DNA of 51,840 bases, from NCBI GenBank assembly GCA_027348385.1, contig DAIEPO010000002.1:1-51840 (forward strand), written 5' to 3'. Below the pieces are notes generated by a model that saw only the letters and a list, made by a program, of their open reading frames with translations, had not been told where the DNA came from and ran no database searches. This DNA is from a bacterium. Its GTDB lineage: Bacteria > Patescibacteriota > Doudnabacteria > UBA920 > VMFF01. This document shows positions 37,548 to 48,636 of the stretch, piece after piece (position 1 is the stretch's first letter; each line of letters opens with the position of its first letter). Made by a program: the position numbers and the translations under genes.

Positions 37548-40500
37548 ATGCCAAAAAAAGCCACCATGGCACAGGTTTTGGTCAGAACAGGCCAACAGAA
37601 AAGCAACCGCAAGTTCTTTTCTACTCTCCATGAGGTCACTGAGCTTCCGCATTTGATAGAAGCGCAGCTGAACTCATACAAGTGGTTCTTAGAAAAAGGT
37701 CTCAAGGAGTTGTTAGAAGAAATAACTCCGATTAAAGACTTTACTGGTAAGAACCTAGAAATGTATTTTGGTGATTGTTTTCTAGACAAACCAAAGTACG
37801 ACGAAAAAACAGCTCGCGAAAGAAATACTACATTTGAAGCTCCGCTGTACTGCAGCGTTAAGTTAGTAAACAAAGTAACAGGCAAAACTAAAACCCAAGA
37901 TGTATATTTGGGTGATTTTCCGTTAATGACTCCAAGAGCAACATTTGTCATCAACGGAGTTGAGCGTGTTGTTGTTTCTCAGTTAATTAAATCACCGGGC
38001 GTTTTCTTTACAGCAGAAAATTCTAGAGGCAAAAACTATTACGGTTCCAAAGTAATTCCTAACCGTGGTGCATGGTTGGAATTAGACACTGACGCAAACA
38101 ATGTCATTGGAGTAAAGATTGACCGCAAGCGCAGAATTCCAATCACAGCGCTCTTGCGTGTTTTTGGTTTGTCTACAAATGAAGAAATATTAGAAGCTTT
38201 TGCAGACATTGATACAGATCCAGACAACAAGTACATAGCATCAACTTTAGAAAAAGATGCTTCTACAAATGCAGACGAAGGATTCAAAGAAGTTTATAAA
38301 AGAATCAGACCAGGGGATTTAGCAACTGTAGATAATGCCAAGAGCTTAATCTCTGCAATGTTTTTCAATTACGATAGATATGATCTTTCAGAAGTAGGAC
38401 GTTACAAACTGAACCAGAGATTAAACATGCCAGAAAATGAAAGCAGAATCTTGAGCAAAGAAGATTTAGTTGCAACAGTAAGAGAAATAATCAGATTAAA
38501 CAATGTTCAAGGTTTAGCAGATGATATTGACCATCTTGCTAACCGTCGCATTAGATCAGTTGGTGAGTTAATCCAAACTCGTTTCCGTGTTGGTCTTGCG
38601 CGTATGGCAAGAATTGGAAAAGACCGCATGAGCCTTGCTGATTTAGATACTGTAACCCCAGCTCAATTAATCCACGTTAGACCAATTGTTGCTGCAATGC
38701 AGGAATTCTTTTCCTCATCTCAGCTTTCTCAGTTCATGGACCAAACTAATCCATTAGCAGAGCTTGAACACAAGCGCAGACTTTCAGCAATGGGTCCTGG
38801 TGGTTTGTCTCGTGAAAGAGCAGGTTTTGAAGTTCGAGATGTACACCGTTCACACTACGGCAGACTTTGTCCTATTACAACTCCAGAAGGACCTAACATT
38901 GGACTGGTTGCGCACTTAGCAACATATGCCAGGATAAACGACTTTGGTTTCATTGAAACACCTTACAGAAAAGTAAAGAAGAGTGTTAAAAATGACGGCA
39001 AAGAAGCAGTCGGAGAAATTGCAATTAGCGATTTTGAAGGAATTGTTAAAGAAGGCGATGTTATTACAGAATCTCAGGCAAAGCAGTTACACAAACAAGA
39101 AGAGTTAAAAGAAATACGCATCAAAGCAAGAGCTACAGACCAAATCGACTACCTTGATGCTTACGAAGAAGAAAAATTAATCATTGGTCAAGCAAACATT
39201 GATGTAGATGAAAAAGGATTCTTCAGTGAAAGAAGAACCTCTGTTCGTGTGCATGGTGAACCTTCAATTGCAGACACCAATGATATTGATTATTTAGACG
39301 TTTCTCCTAAACAAATCATTTCTGTAACAACATCTTTGATTCCTTTCTTGGAACACGACGATGCAAACCGCGCTTTAATGGGATCAAACATGCAAAGACA
39401 AGCAGTCTCATGTATCAAACCAAGCGCACCAATTGTTGGCACAGGTATGGAGCGAAAAGCAGCTTACGATTCCGGACAGGTTATTCTTTCTGACGTTGAT
39501 GGAGAAGTTGTTTCAGTTGCAGGAAACAAGATTACAGTTGAAGATTCAGACTCAGGGAAGAAAAAAGTTTATGATCTTCTAAAATTCATCAGAACAAACA
39601 GCGGTACTGCCATTAACCAGATTGTCAGAGTTAACAAAGGCGACAAAGTCAAAAAAGGTGATCTTCTTGCAGATGGTGCTTCAACTGAAATGGGTGAGTT
39701 AGCTTTAGGACAAAACGTTTTAGTAGCTTTCATGTCTTGGCAGGGGTATAACTATGAAGACGCAATCATCCTTTCAGAGCGCGTCGTTAAAAACGACCTC
39801 TATTCTTCAGTACACATTGAAGACTTTAAAGTCGATGTTCGCGATACCAAACTAGGACCTGAAATAATCACAAGAGACATTCCAAATGTTGGAGAAGAAA
39901 AACTCAAAGACTTAAACGAAAGCGGAGTTATCCGTATTGGTGCTCAAGTAAAAGCTGGTGATATCTTAGTAGGTAAAATCACTCCAAAAGGTGAAACCGA
40001 CCTTACTGCTGAAGAAAAACTTTTAAGAGTAATCTTCGGTGAAAAATCCAGAGATGTTAAAGACACTTCCTTAGTACTACCACACGGTGAATACGGAAAA
40101 GTAGTTAATATAAGAGAGTTTTCAAGAGAAAATGGTGACAAACTTCCAAGCGGAGTCATTCGTTCAATTCAAGTTTCAGTCGCAGTCTTAAGAAAAATTC
40201 AGGTAGGTGACAAAATGGCAGGTAGACACGGAAACAAAGGTGTTGTCTCCAGAGTAGTTCCTGCAGAGGATATGCCACACTTAAAAGATGGTACGCCAGT
40301 TGATATAATCTTGAACCCGTTAGGTGTTGCTTCTCGTATGAACCTTGGTCAGATCTTAGAAACCCACCTTGGTTTAGCAGCAAAGAAGCTAGGTTACAAA
40401 GTAGCAACTCCAGTTCTAGACGGTGTTACTGAAGATCAGATTAAAGGTGAATTAGAAAAAGCAGGTTTTGCCAGAGATGGAAAAGTTGAAGTTTTTGATG

Positions 40501-41033
40501 GTAGAACCGGAGAAAAATTCGATGAAAGAGTAACCGTAGGTTACACCTACATGTTAAAACTGCACCACTTAGTAGATGACAAGATGCATGCTCGTTCAAC
40601 AGGTCCTTACTCCTTAATTACCCAGCAGCCGCTTGGCGGTAAAGCTCAGTTTGGTGGACAGAGATTCGGAGAAATGGAAGTTTGGGCTTTAGAAGGATAT
40701 GGTGCTGCACATACATTACAGGAAATGATTACTATAAAATCAGACGATGTTGTTGGTAGAAGCAAGACTTACGAAGCCATTGTTAAAGGTGAACCAATTA
40801 AAAAGCCAAACATTCCAGAATCATTCAGAGTTTTAGTTAAAGAACTCCAGTCTTTGTGTTTGGATGTTGATTTGTTAGGCGCTCAGGGAATAATTGAAGA
40901 TGACTCTGAAATAAAAGAGTCTATTGAAGCTTCGGTGTTGCAAGAAAAAGCTCCTGAGTCAGAACCAGCCATTGATTTTGCAGATAGTGAAAAGGTCGCG
41001 GAAAAAGAAAGCAAAAAGAAGTCTAAGAAATAA
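37548..41033 (+). CDS. rpoB: DNA-directed RNA polymerase subunit beta
   Basis: Full-length RpoB homology is obvious (e.g. [15 protein letters not shown]). ATG 37548 has GGAGAG 7-8 nt upstream. The ORF track starts at 37533. Confidence 0.95.
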   Translation: MPKKATMAQVLVRTGQQKSNRKFFSTLHEVTELPHLIEAQLNSYKWFLEKGLKELLEEITPIKDFTGKNLEMYFGDCFLDKPKYDEKTARERNTTFEAPLYCSVKLVNKVTGKTKTQDVYLGDFPLMTPRATFVINGVERVVVSQLIKSPGVFFTAENSRGKNYYGSKVIPNRGAWLELDTDANNVIGVKIDRKRRIPITALLRVFGLSTNEEILEAFADIDTDPDNKYIASTLEKDASTNADEGFKEVYKRIRPGDLATVDNAKSLISAMFFNYDRYDLSEVGRYKLNQRLNMPENESRILSKEDLVATVREIIRLNNVQGLADDIDHLANRRIRSVGELIQTRFRVGLARMARIGKDRMSLADLDTVTPAQLIHVRPIVAAMQEFFSSSQLSQFMDQTNPLAELEHKRRLSAMGPGGLSRERAGFEVRDVHRSHYGRLCPITTPEGPNIGLVAHLATYARINDFGFIETPYRKVKKSVKNDGKEAVGEIAISDFEGIVKEGDVITESQAKQLHKQEELKEIRIKARATDQIDYLDAYEEEKLIIGQANIDVDEKGFFSERRTSVRVHGEPSIADTNDIDYLDVSPKQIISVTTSLIPFLEHDDANRALMGSNMQRQAVSCIKPSAPIVGTGMERKAAYDSGQVILSDVDGEVVSVAGNKITVEDSDSGKKKVYDLLKFIRTNSGTAINQIVRVNKGDKVKKGDLLADGASTEMGELALGQNVLVAFMSWQGYNYEDAIILSERVVKNDLYSSVHIEDFKVDVRDTKLGPEIITRDIPNVGEEKLKDLNESGVIRIGAQVKAGDILVGKITPKGETDLTAEEKLLRVIFGEKSRDVKDTSLVLPHGEYGKVVNIREFSRENGDKLPSGVIRSIQVSVAVLRKIQVGDKMAGRHGNKGVVSRVVPAEDMPHLKDGTPVDIILNPLGVASRMNLGQILETHLGLAAKKLGYKVATPVLDGVTEDQIKGELEKAGFARDGKVEVFDGRTGEKFDERVTVGYTYMLKLHHLVDDKMHARSTGPYSLITQQPLGGKAQFGGQRFGEMEVWALEGYGAAHTLQEMITIKSDDVVGRSKTYEAIVKGEPIKKPNIPESFRVLVKELQSLCLDVDLLGAQGIIEDDSEIKESIEASVLQEKAPESEPAIDFADSEKVAEKESKKKSKK

Positions 41034-41053
41034 TCTTAGAGAAAGAGACATAT

Positions 41054-44000
41054 ATGTTCACTCAATCAGATGAATTCAAAGGCGTAAGAATCAAACTGGC
41101 AAGTCCAGAGACAATACTCTCTTGGTCTCACGGTGAAGTAACCAAGCCAGAAACAATCAACTACAGAACTCAACGACCTGAAAAAGATGGTTTGTTTGAT
41201 GAAAAAATCTTCGGTCCAATAAAAGACTGGGAATGTTACTGTGGTAAATACAAACGTATTCGTTACAAGGGAATTGTTTGTGATAAATGTGGTGTTGAAG
41301 TTACCAGAAGCGCAGTTAGAAGAGAGCGCATGGGTCATATCAAACTCGCAGTTCCAGTTGCACATATTTGGTTTTTAAGAGGTGTACCTTCAAGAATCGG
41401 TGCAATCTTAAACCTTTCAGTTCAAGATCTTGAAAAGGTCTTCTATTTTGCAGCCTACATCATAACCCGCGTAGATGAAGATGCTAGAGGTGCAACCCTA
41501 GAACAAATTGAGGGTGAGTTTAAAGCAAAGAAAAAAGAAATTGAAACTAAATATGAAGCTTTAATTACAAAAGCAAAACAGTTTAAAGATCCTAAAAAAG
41601 ACGCAGAACTTGTTGCTGCAGGAATTGACGCTGAAGTTGTGCGTTTACAAGAAGCTTGGAAAAAAGAACTAGAAACTTTAGAAACAATCAAAGACCAAGC
41701 AAGGTCAGAACTTAAGGGCATCAAAAAAATGCAGATCATTTCTGAACTTGAATACAGAGATCTTTCCTTGAAATATGGTCCTGTTTTTGAAGCAGGTATT
41801 GGTGCTGAAGCTGTAAAAGGTTTGCTAGAAGATATAAACATGGAAGAGCTTTCTAGAGAACTTGATGCAGAACTAGTAAACACTGATGGTTTAGCAAGAA
41901 GAAAAGTTTTGAAGCGCTTAAAGCTTGTTAAAAACATGATTACTGCAGGACTTCGCCCTGAGTGGGGACTAATCACAAACTTGCCAGTAATTCCTCCAGA
42001 TCTTCGTCCAATGGTTCAATTAGACGGTGGACGTTTTGCAGCATCTGACTTAAACGATCTTTACAGAAGAGTCATCAACAGAAATAACCGTTTAAAGAAA
42101 CTTTTGGAAATAAAAGCTCCTGAAGTTATCACTCGTAATGAAAAGCGCATGCTGCAAGAAGCAGTTGATGCTTTAATAGATAACTCCATCAGACATGGTA
42201 AAGAAGTTACTGCATCTACAGGTCAAAAGAGAAAACTAAGATCCCTTGCAGACATGTTAAAAGGAAAGCAAGGACGTTTCAGACAAAACCTCTTAGGTAA
42301 GCGTGTCGACTACTCTGGTCGTTCAGTTATCGTTGTTGGTCCACATTTGAAACTACACCAATGTGGAGTACCAAAGAAAATGGCTTTAGAGCTTTTCAAG
42401 CCTTTCGTCATTTCAAAACTGATTGGTAGAGAATATGCACACAATGTTCGTTCAGCAAACAAACTCATTGAACAAGGCAAACCAGAAGTCTATGACATCT
42501 TGGAAGAAGTTACTAAAGATCACTATGTCTTGCTTAATCGCGCTCCAACCTTACACAGACTTGGTTTCCAAGCATTCCAACCAGTATTAATTGAAGGTAA
42601 AGCTATTCAGCTTCATCCAATGGTTTGTGCTGCTTTCAACGCAGACTTTGATGGAGACCAAATGGCTATCCACGTACCGCTAACAGAAGCAGCTCAAAAA
42701 GAAGCTAGGGAAATAATGGTCTCAGCTCACAACTTGTTGAAACCAGCTTCGGGCGATCCAGTGATGACTCCAGACAAAGACGTTGTTGTCGGATGTTACT
42801 ACATCACAAAATCACAGGATGGTATGAAAGGTGAAGGTAAAATCTTCGGATCTCCAGATGAAGCAATCATGGCTTACAGAAACGATGTCATTCACGTTAA
42901 AGCAAAAGTTAAAATTAGGGTTGATGGTAAACTCCTAGATACTTCAGTTGGAAGAGTCATCTTCAACCAACTCTTACCAAAAGAAATGGGTTTCAGAAAT
43001 GAAATATTCGACAAAAAGAAACTCCAAGCTTTGGTTAGAGAAGCACACAAAATGTATGGCAATGATTTAACTGCAGAGCTAATTGACCGTATTAAAGCAA
43101 CGGGTTTCTTCTATGCAACCAAATCAGGACTTTCCTGGGGTATGGATGACTTAAAGATTCCAGAAATTAAACAAGAATTACTAGCAAAAGCAGACGAAGA
43201 AGTAGAGCAAACATATCAGCACTTTAGAGAAGGTTTGTTAACAGAAGAAGAACGAAAAGCTCAGGTCATTGAAATTTGGTCTGGCGTTTTAGAGGAGCTT
43301 TCCAAGAAAGTTACTCAATCAGTTGATCCAAACGGTTCTGTTAACTCAATGGTTGTTTCAGGAGCTAGAGGTTCTTTTGCTCAGGTTTCCCAGATGGCAG
43401 GTATGAAAGGCCTTGTGGTTAACCCAGCAGGTGATGTCATTGAACTTCCTGTTAAAGGTTCTTTCAAAGAAGGCTTAACAGTTTTGGAATACTTCATTTC
43501 AACCCACGGATCTAGAAAAGGAATGTCAGACACAGCTTTAAGAACAGCTGACGCTGGTTACTTAACTCGTCGTTTAGTTGACGTTGCTCAAGACATTGTT
43601 GTCAACGCAGAAGATTGTGAAACCAAAGACTTCATTGAAGTTACCAGAGAAATGTCTGAAAAGATGAACAAAGATTTCGGTAAGAGACTCTTCGGACGTG
43701 TAGCTGCAGAAGACATCAAAGACAAAGACGGAAAAGTAATTGTTTCCAAAAACCAAGGTATTGATGAAGCAGACTCTAAATTAATTGGAGATGCTCAATC
43801 AGGAATTAACTCTGTTAAATGTCGTTCAGTTTTGAAATGTAAACTAGTTCGAGGTGTTTGCCGTAAATGTTACGGCTTTGACCTTGGATTCAACAAAATG
43901 GTTGAACTAGGAGCAGCTGTTGGAATCGTTGCAGCCCAAGCTATTGGTGAGCCAGGAACTCAGCTAACCATGAGAACCTTCCACACCGGAGGTGTTGCTG

Positions 44001-44929
44001 GATTAGACATTACCCAAGGTTTGCCTCGTGTTGAAGAACTTTTTGAAGCTCGTGAACCAAAAGGACAAGCTTTTGTTTCAGACATTGATGGTATTGCCTA
44101 CATTAGCAAGGCAAGCAACAAAGAATATGCAATTCGAATTGAAGGAGTAGGTGCAGAAAAAGAAGAACATCTTCTAAATGGAGCGCACACTCAATTAAAA
44201 GAAGGCGAGCATGTTACTGAAAACGAAGCTCTCTACATTGACACTAACGGTAAAGCAGAAAAAGCAAAATCAACCGGTATTGTGCATTTAGAAAAAGATA
44301 AAGTTGTCATTGTTAAAGAATCAGAAGAACACCTAAGAGAATACATGGTGCCAACTTCTTTCTCCCTGCTCATTAAAGAAGGGGATCTAATCACTAAAGG
44401 ACAACAGCTTACTGAAGGTAACTTAAACTTAGGACAAGTCTTGGCATTAAGAGGTGTTCAAGATGCTCAAAACTACATTGTTCAAGAAGTTCAAGACATC
44501 TACGTTTCTCAAGGTCAGAACATCCATGACAAACACGTTGAAGTAATGGTCAGACAGATGTTCTCCAAGATGCGCATTACTGATTCAGGAGATTCTGAAT
44601 TCTTAATGGGTGATTTAATCGACAAAGCAAGATTAAACGATACCAACGAAAAACTTTCTGCGGACGGTAGAAAACCAGCACAAGCAGAACAGCTCTTAAT
44701 GGGTATTACTAAAGTATCATTAAACACTGAATCATTCTTAGCAGCCGCTTCTTTCCAAGAAACAACTCGTGTCTTAATCGAAGCAGCGCTTGCAGCAAAG
44801 ACAGACCACTTAAGAGGTCTTAAAGAAAACGTTATTATCGGTAAACTAATTCCAGCAGGAACTGGTTTTAACCCACAAAACGCTGAGGAAATAGACACAG
44901 ACTTAGTGGTTGCTCAAAGCGAAGAATAA
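41054..44929 (+). CDS. rpoC: DNA-directed RNA polymerase subunit beta'
   Basis: 1291 aa with the zinc motif [20 protein letters not shown] and the catalytic NADFDGD. Confidence 0.95.
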   Translation: MFTQSDEFKGVRIKLASPETILSWSHGEVTKPETINYRTQRPEKDGLFDEKIFGPIKDWECYCGKYKRIRYKGIVCDKCGVEVTRSAVRRERMGHIKLAVPVAHIWFLRGVPSRIGAILNLSVQDLEKVFYFAAYIITRVDEDARGATLEQIEGEFKAKKKEIETKYEALITKAKQFKDPKKDAELVAAGIDAEVVRLQEAWKKELETLETIKDQARSELKGIKKMQIISELEYRDLSLKYGPVFEAGIGAEAVKGLLEDINMEELSRELDAELVNTDGLARRKVLKRLKLVKNMITAGLRPEWGLITNLPVIPPDLRPMVQLDGGRFAASDLNDLYRRVINRNNRLKKLLEIKAPEVITRNEKRMLQEAVDALIDNSIRHGKEVTASTGQKRKLRSLADMLKGKQGRFRQNLLGKRVDYSGRSVIVVGPHLKLHQCGVPKKMALELFKPFVISKLIGREYAHNVRSANKLIEQGKPEVYDILEEVTKDHYVLLNRAPTLHRLGFQAFQPVLIEGKAIQLHPMVCAAFNADFDGDQMAIHVPLTEAAQKEAREIMVSAHNLLKPASGDPVMTPDKDVVVGCYYITKSQDGMKGEGKIFGSPDEAIMAYRNDVIHVKAKVKIRVDGKLLDTSVGRVIFNQLLPKEMGFRNEIFDKKKLQALVREAHKMYGNDLTAELIDRIKATGFFYATKSGLSWGMDDLKIPEIKQELLAKADEEVEQTYQHFREGLLTEEERKAQVIEIWSGVLEELSKKVTQSVDPNGSVNSMVVSGARGSFAQVSQMAGMKGLVVNPAGDVIELPVKGSFKEGLTVLEYFISTHGSRKGMSDTALRTADAGYLTRRLVDVAQDIVVNAEDCETKDFIEVTREMSEKMNKDFGKRLFGRVAAEDIKDKDGKVIVSKNQGIDEADSKLIGDAQSGINSVKCRSVLKCKLVRGVCRKCYGFDLGFNKMVELGAAVGIVAAQAIGEPGTQLTMRTFHTGGVAGLDITQGLPRVEELFEAREPKGQAFVSDIDGIAYISKASNKEYAIRIEGVGAEKEEHLLNGAHTQLKEGEHVTENEALYIDTNGKAEKAKSTGIVHLEKDKVVIVKESEEHLREYMVPTSFSLLIKEGDLITKGQQLTEGNLNLGQVLALRGVQDAQNYIVQEVQDIYVSQGQNIHDKHVEVMVRQMFSKMRITDSGDSEFLMGDLIDKARLNDTNEKLSADGRKPAQAEQLLMGITKVSLNTESFLAAASFQETTRVLIEAALAAKTDHLRGLKENVIIGKLIPAGTGFNPQNAEEIDTDLVVAQSEE

Positions 44930-44945
44930 CTGAAAAGAAAAAAGA

Positions 44946-44976
44946 AAAAGACTCCGGAATTCCGGAGTCTTTTTTA
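44946..44976 (+). terminator. intrinsic terminator after rpoC
   Basis: Perfect 20-nt palindrome GACTCCGGAATTCCGGAGTC, then TTTTTT. Confidence 0.8.
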
Positions 44977-44980
44977 GTGT

Positions 44981-45092
44981 CGGCCACCACCCTCACCAAG
45001 AATATATTAATAGCCAGACAGTATTTAGTCAATCCATGGTGGAAGTAACGGGATTCAAACCCGTGACCACTACTTGGTGAGGGTGGTGGTCG
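44981..45092. repeat. 20-bp inverted repeat (one G:T) enclosing 72 nt
   Basis: CGGCCACCACCCTCACCAAG (44981-45000) pairs with CTTGGTGAGGGTGGTGGTCG (45073-45092). Confidence 0.8.
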
Positions 45093-45108
45093 CCAGCCTG
45101 CTACTCCC
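45037..45108 (-). ncRNA. tRNA-like element (acceptor stem with G3:U70, T-arm, encoded ACCA) lacking canonical D and anticodon arms
   Basis: Minus strand reads GGGAGTA...ACGGG-TTTGAAT-CCCGT-TACTTCC-A-CCA. I found no 5-7-5 anticodon stem-loop in the 37 nt between the acceptor stem and the T-arm. Confidence 0.35.
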
Positions 45109-45166
45109 TTATTCTTTCCCTGCTATATATACTCCAGAGATATTAAATATTCATTAAGAAATAATT

Positions 45167-45196
45167 AAAAGACTCCGGAATGTTCCGGAGTTTTTA
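45167..45196 (-). terminator. terminator after the PLP-enzyme gene; near-copy of the rpoC terminator
   Basis: AAAAGACTCCGGAAtgTTCCGGAGTTTTT. Confidence 0.7.
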
Positions 45197-45228
45197 AGAA
45201 GCAGTAGAACGCCTAACCAAGGTTGCAA

Positions 45229-46050
45229 TTAAATCAAACCTTTGCCTGAATTAATTATAACGACTCTATCGCTTTCTTTAAAATTTAACTTGGAAAGTGC
45301 GCCAACCACAACCGCACTCGATGGCTCGCAATCCATGAACTTTTTTGCATAGACAAAAGCCAAATGTATTTCATCTTCACTCAATTTAATTATCTTATGT
45401 CCAGCCTCTAGGATTGATTGGATGTTTTTGCTATATGGTGTCCACGGTGTGTGTAGTTTATCAGCAAATGATGGATTAGATTCTGGGGTTATCCCGATCA
45501 ATTTAGTTTCTAACTTTGTTTTTTGCAACCCATTAAACAAGCCTACAAATGCCTCACCACTTCCAACTGGGCAAACAAGATAATCAGGATTATTTTTTTC
45601 CAGCTCTTCAATTATTGATTCATATGCTTCGTGGAATCCATTCGTTGAGTCCCAAATTACTTCTTTATCATTTTCTCTCGCTACCGCGATAATTTCTTTT
45701 GATTCTAGAATTTTTTCTGATAAGTTCGCTTCTATGACTTTTGTACATGTTTCTTCTAAGACTTGTTTGATAGTGGGGGACAAATTTAAATCTACTATGG
45801 AAACAGTCTTTATATCTGATTCATTTGCAAATTTGGCAAGAGAAAATCCTGCATTTCCCGAAGTAATAATGCAAAGTTTATTGACCAATTCATCTTTTGC
45901 TTTTTTAATAATGACTTCTGATCGTCTATCCTTCCAAGTACCGAAAGGGTTTTTACTCTCGTCTTTCACGAGTAAATTAGGAAGATTAAACTTCCTACAA
46001 AACTCATCTACTTTAACCAATGGTGTTTTCCCTGATTTAAATCCTGCCAT
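45229..46050 (-). CDS. fold-type II pyridoxal-phosphate-dependent enzyme (Trp-synthase-beta superfamily, short)
   Basis: DESKNPFGTWKDRRS (PLP lysine region) and ITSGNAGFSLA glycine loop. 273 aa. Confidence 0.6.
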   Translation of the reverse strand: MAGFKSGKTPLVKVDEFCRKFNLPNLLVKDESKNPFGTWKDRRSEVIIKKAKDELVNKLCIITSGNAGFSLAKFANESDIKTVSIVDLNLSPTIKQVLEETCTKVIEANLSEKILESKEIIAVARENDKEVIWDSTNGFHEAYESIIEELEKNNPDYLVCPVGSGEAFVGLFNGLQKTKLETKLIGITPESNPSFADKLHTPWTPYSKNIQSILEAGHKIIKLSEDEIHLAFVYAKKFMDCEPSSAVVVGALSKLNFKESDRVVIINSGKGLI

Positions 46051-46078
46051 GCTATTTCGATAATTCTTCTATATCCTT

Positions 46079-48238
46079 TTATTTTTCCCACTCTGAAATC
46101 ATCAGGAGATCTTTTTGATTTAGATTGCTCCAGATTTCCTCTGTAACAAAGGGCATAAATGGATGTAGCAGTTTTAGTGTTGTTTTCAACGTTTTTGCAA
46201 GAACAGCCTTGGTATTTGCAGAAAGTTCAGGATCTTGTAGCTGAGCTTTGCTTGCTTCAATATATATATCAGCAAGTTCATGCCAGGTAAAATGATATGC
46301 AGCTTGAGCAGCCTCATTTAACCTCAATCCTTCAATGTTTTCTGTGATTTCTTTTGTTGCTAATTCTAGTTTAGAGAGTATTTCTTTATCTGCTTCAGTT
46401 AACTTAGCTTGATCAATCTTTGTTTCAAAGTCATCAGTGTTGCTTAAAATGAATCGAGCAATGTTCCAAAGCTTGTTTGCAAAATGCTTCATTCCTTTAA
46501 TCTTTTCTTCTGCTAGTGGAATATCATTTCCTGCTGCAGTAGAAAATATCAAAGCAATACGCAAAGCATCAGTGCCATATGTATCAATGACACCTAAAGG
46601 ATCGATAATATTGCCTTTGCTTTTGCTCATCTTTTGTTTGTCTTTGTCTCTGATCAAACCATGTAAGTATATGGTTTTAAACGGAATCTCTTCTAAGAGG
46701 TAGGTGGTCATTAAAATCATGCGAGCTACCCAGAAGAAAATAATGTCATAACCAGTTTCTAAGACAGAGGTAGGATGGAATAATTCCATGTCTTTGGTTT
46801 TGTTTGGCCAACCAAGAGTTGAAAATGTCCAAAGTCCTGAAGAAAACCAAGTGTCTAGAGTATCAGGATCTTGTTCCCAGCCAGATTCTTTTGGTGCCTC
46901 AATACCGCAGTGTACCTGATCACCTTTATACCAAACTGGTATTTGATGACCATACCAAATCTGCCTGCTTATACACCAGTCTTTTAAGTTATCAATCCAA
47001 TGGAAATATGTTTTCTGGAAGTGATCCGGATATATTTTAATTAACCCTGATTCAACAGTATGGCGCATGAGTTTTTTCAAGGTTGCTTTTTCAGAAGCAG
47101 GGAAGTTTAGCTTTTGTTCAGGGCTTAATTCAAACTCTTTGTTAACATCAATGAACCATTGTTTCATTATCTGGGGTTCAATAATCCCGCCACCTCTAGA
47201 GTTTGTTGCAATTCTGTGAGCATACTTTTCATCAATCTTTTCAATCAAACCTTTAGATTGTAGTTTTTCAATGATTAAGGGACGAGCTTTTTTAATGTGC
47301 AATCCTGTAAATTCTCCAGCAATTGCTAAAAGCTTACCTTTTTGATCAATGATTTGTTCAAAATCAAGGTTGTGTCTTTTTGCAATTTCATTGTCTGCAG
47401 CATCGTGCCAAGGAGTAATTGTCATTACACCTGTGCCAAACTCCATATCAATTGAATCGTCTTTGATGATTGTTGCTTTAACAGGTCCATTAATCCATTC
47501 AAGTTCGATTTGTTGACCATGGGTATATTGAGTATATCGTTTGTCTTCTGGATGCATGACAACATATTTGTCACCAAATTTTGTTTCCGGACGAGCAGTG
47601 GCAATAGTGAAAGGGCCATACTTAAGATAGTAGAGGGAAGTGATTTCATCCTTCCATTCAATCTCATCATCAGAAACAGTTGTCTGCATCTTTGGATCCC
47701 AGTTAACCATTCTATTACCGCGATATATTAATCCAGCATCATACATTTTTTTAAACGCAGTTTTAACAGCTAAATTTCTGTCTGGATCGAGAGTGTACGC
47801 TTCTCTGCTCCAGTCTAATGAAGCTCCCATGCGTTTTGTTTGCTCAATAATCGTGTCATGACTTTCTTGAGCATATTTTTCAACACGTTTCAAAAATTCC
47901 TCACGTCCTAAATCATGGCGAGTTTTTTCTTCAGCTTTGTAAATCATTGCTTCAACCTTTGATTGAGTTGCAATTGCAGCATGATCTGTTCCTGGAAGCC
48001 AAAGTGTTTTAAAGCCAGACATCCTATGATATCTAATCAAGATATCTTGAATTACTAACATCAAGGCATGGCCAATATGAAGAATGCCAGTAACATTTGG
48101 TGGGGGCAGAACAATGTTGTAAGTTTTTGTTCTTGCACCAGGCAAGTTATCCGGATTAAAATATCCAGAATCTAACCATTTCTGGTAGATCTTTGATTCT
48201 GTTTCTTTTGGATTGTATGCTGAAGATATTTCTTTCAT
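46079..48238 (-). CDS. valS: valine--tRNA ligase (short form, 719 aa)
   Basis: PPPNVTGILHIGHAL (HIGH), KMSKSKGN, and a CP1 editing domain. Ends after the anticodon-binding domain. Confidence 0.95.
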   Translation of the reverse strand: MKEISSAYNPKETESKIYQKWLDSGYFNPDNLPGARTKTYNIVLPPPNVTGILHIGHALMLVIQDILIRYHRMSGFKTLWLPGTDHAAIATQSKVEAMIYKAEEKTRHDLGREEFLKRVEKYAQESHDTIIEQTKRMGASLDWSREAYTLDPDRNLAVKTAFKKMYDAGLIYRGNRMVNWDPKMQTTVSDDEIEWKDEITSLYYLKYGPFTIATARPETKFGDKYVVMHPEDKRYTQYTHGQQIELEWINGPVKATIIKDDSIDMEFGTGVMTITPWHDAADNEIAKRHNLDFEQIIDQKGKLLAIAGEFTGLHIKKARPLIIEKLQSKGLIEKIDEKYAHRIATNSRGGGIIEPQIMKQWFIDVNKEFELSPEQKLNFPASEKATLKKLMRHTVESGLIKIYPDHFQKTYFHWIDNLKDWCISRQIWYGHQIPVWYKGDQVHCGIEAPKESGWEQDPDTLDTWFSSGLWTFSTLGWPNKTKDMELFHPTSVLETGYDIIFFWVARMILMTTYLLEEIPFKTIYLHGLIRDKDKQKMSKSKGNIIDPLGVIDTYGTDALRIALIFSTAAGNDIPLAEEKIKGMKHFANKLWNIARFILSNTDDFETKIDQAKLTEADKEILSKLELATKEITENIEGLRLNEAAQAAYHFTWHELADIYIEASKAQLQDPELSANTKAVLAKTLKTTLKLLHPFMPFVTEEIWSNLNQKDLLMISEWEK

Positions 48239-48424
48239 ATATTTTTAGGGAAAAATAAAAAGCACTGGAAGTGCTCAAGTTCGCCCCTTGGGCGAGTTAC
48301 CAACTTGATTGGTTCTTAATTTCGTCTTTTTAACGCAAGACCTGCGGCAGGTTCTAGTCTTACAAATGTAATTTCTTCCTGCACCTACCCATTTAAGAGT
48401 TTCCGGTGACAGCCGGATTGGCTT
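48239..48424 (-). promoter_or_regulatory. T-box-like leader of valS (tentative)
   Basis: Minus strand 48307-48276 reads CAAGT-[TGGTAAC]-TCGCCC-aag-GGGCGA-ACTTG. That is two helices split by a 7-nt bulge matching UGGNACC of the T-box antiterminator. It is followed by the AGCACT-tcc-AGTGCT hairpin plus a T-run (48275-48251). Upstream is a hairpin (48398-48358) with GUA-A bulged on its 3' side. Confidence 0.4.
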
Positions 48425-48430
48425 TCCATA

Positions 48431-48459
48431 ATCATACCCAAAATGTTTATATTTAGCAA
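48431..48459 (-). promoter_or_regulatory. promoter TTGCTA-17-TATGAT for the valS leader
   Basis: Minus strand reads TTGCTAaatataaacattttgggTATGAT. Confidence 0.35.
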
Positions 48460-48502
48460 GAAATCCTCAAAAACCCCTGTGTTTATTGACTTTTTTAGTA
48501 CT

Positions 48503-48530
48503 TTACAAATTGATATGGTTATCATATAAT
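48503..48530 (+). promoter_or_regulatory. promoter TTACAA-16-TATAAT in AT-rich DNA, pointing into GC-rich cassette 3
   Basis: TTACAAattgatatggttatcaTATAAT. The GC content jumps within about 10 nt downstream. Confidence 0.4.
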
Positions 48531-48636
48531 CCAGATACCCTTTGGAAGGCCGGCAACCGTGTCGGTCTGGGGCCACTCGTTCGCACCCGTATATGTGCGT
48601 CTCGAGCGTACATTACAGGTGTAAGGAGGAACACGC

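Noticed and set aside
45037-45108. Calling this a bona fide tRNA-Ala gene.
   Set aside because: The acceptor stem (G3:U70), T-arm and ACCA are present. However, no D-arm or 5-7-5 anticodon stem-loop can be drawn in the 37 intervening nt, and the T-loop has T instead of the conserved C56. It is kept only as a tRNA-like element.
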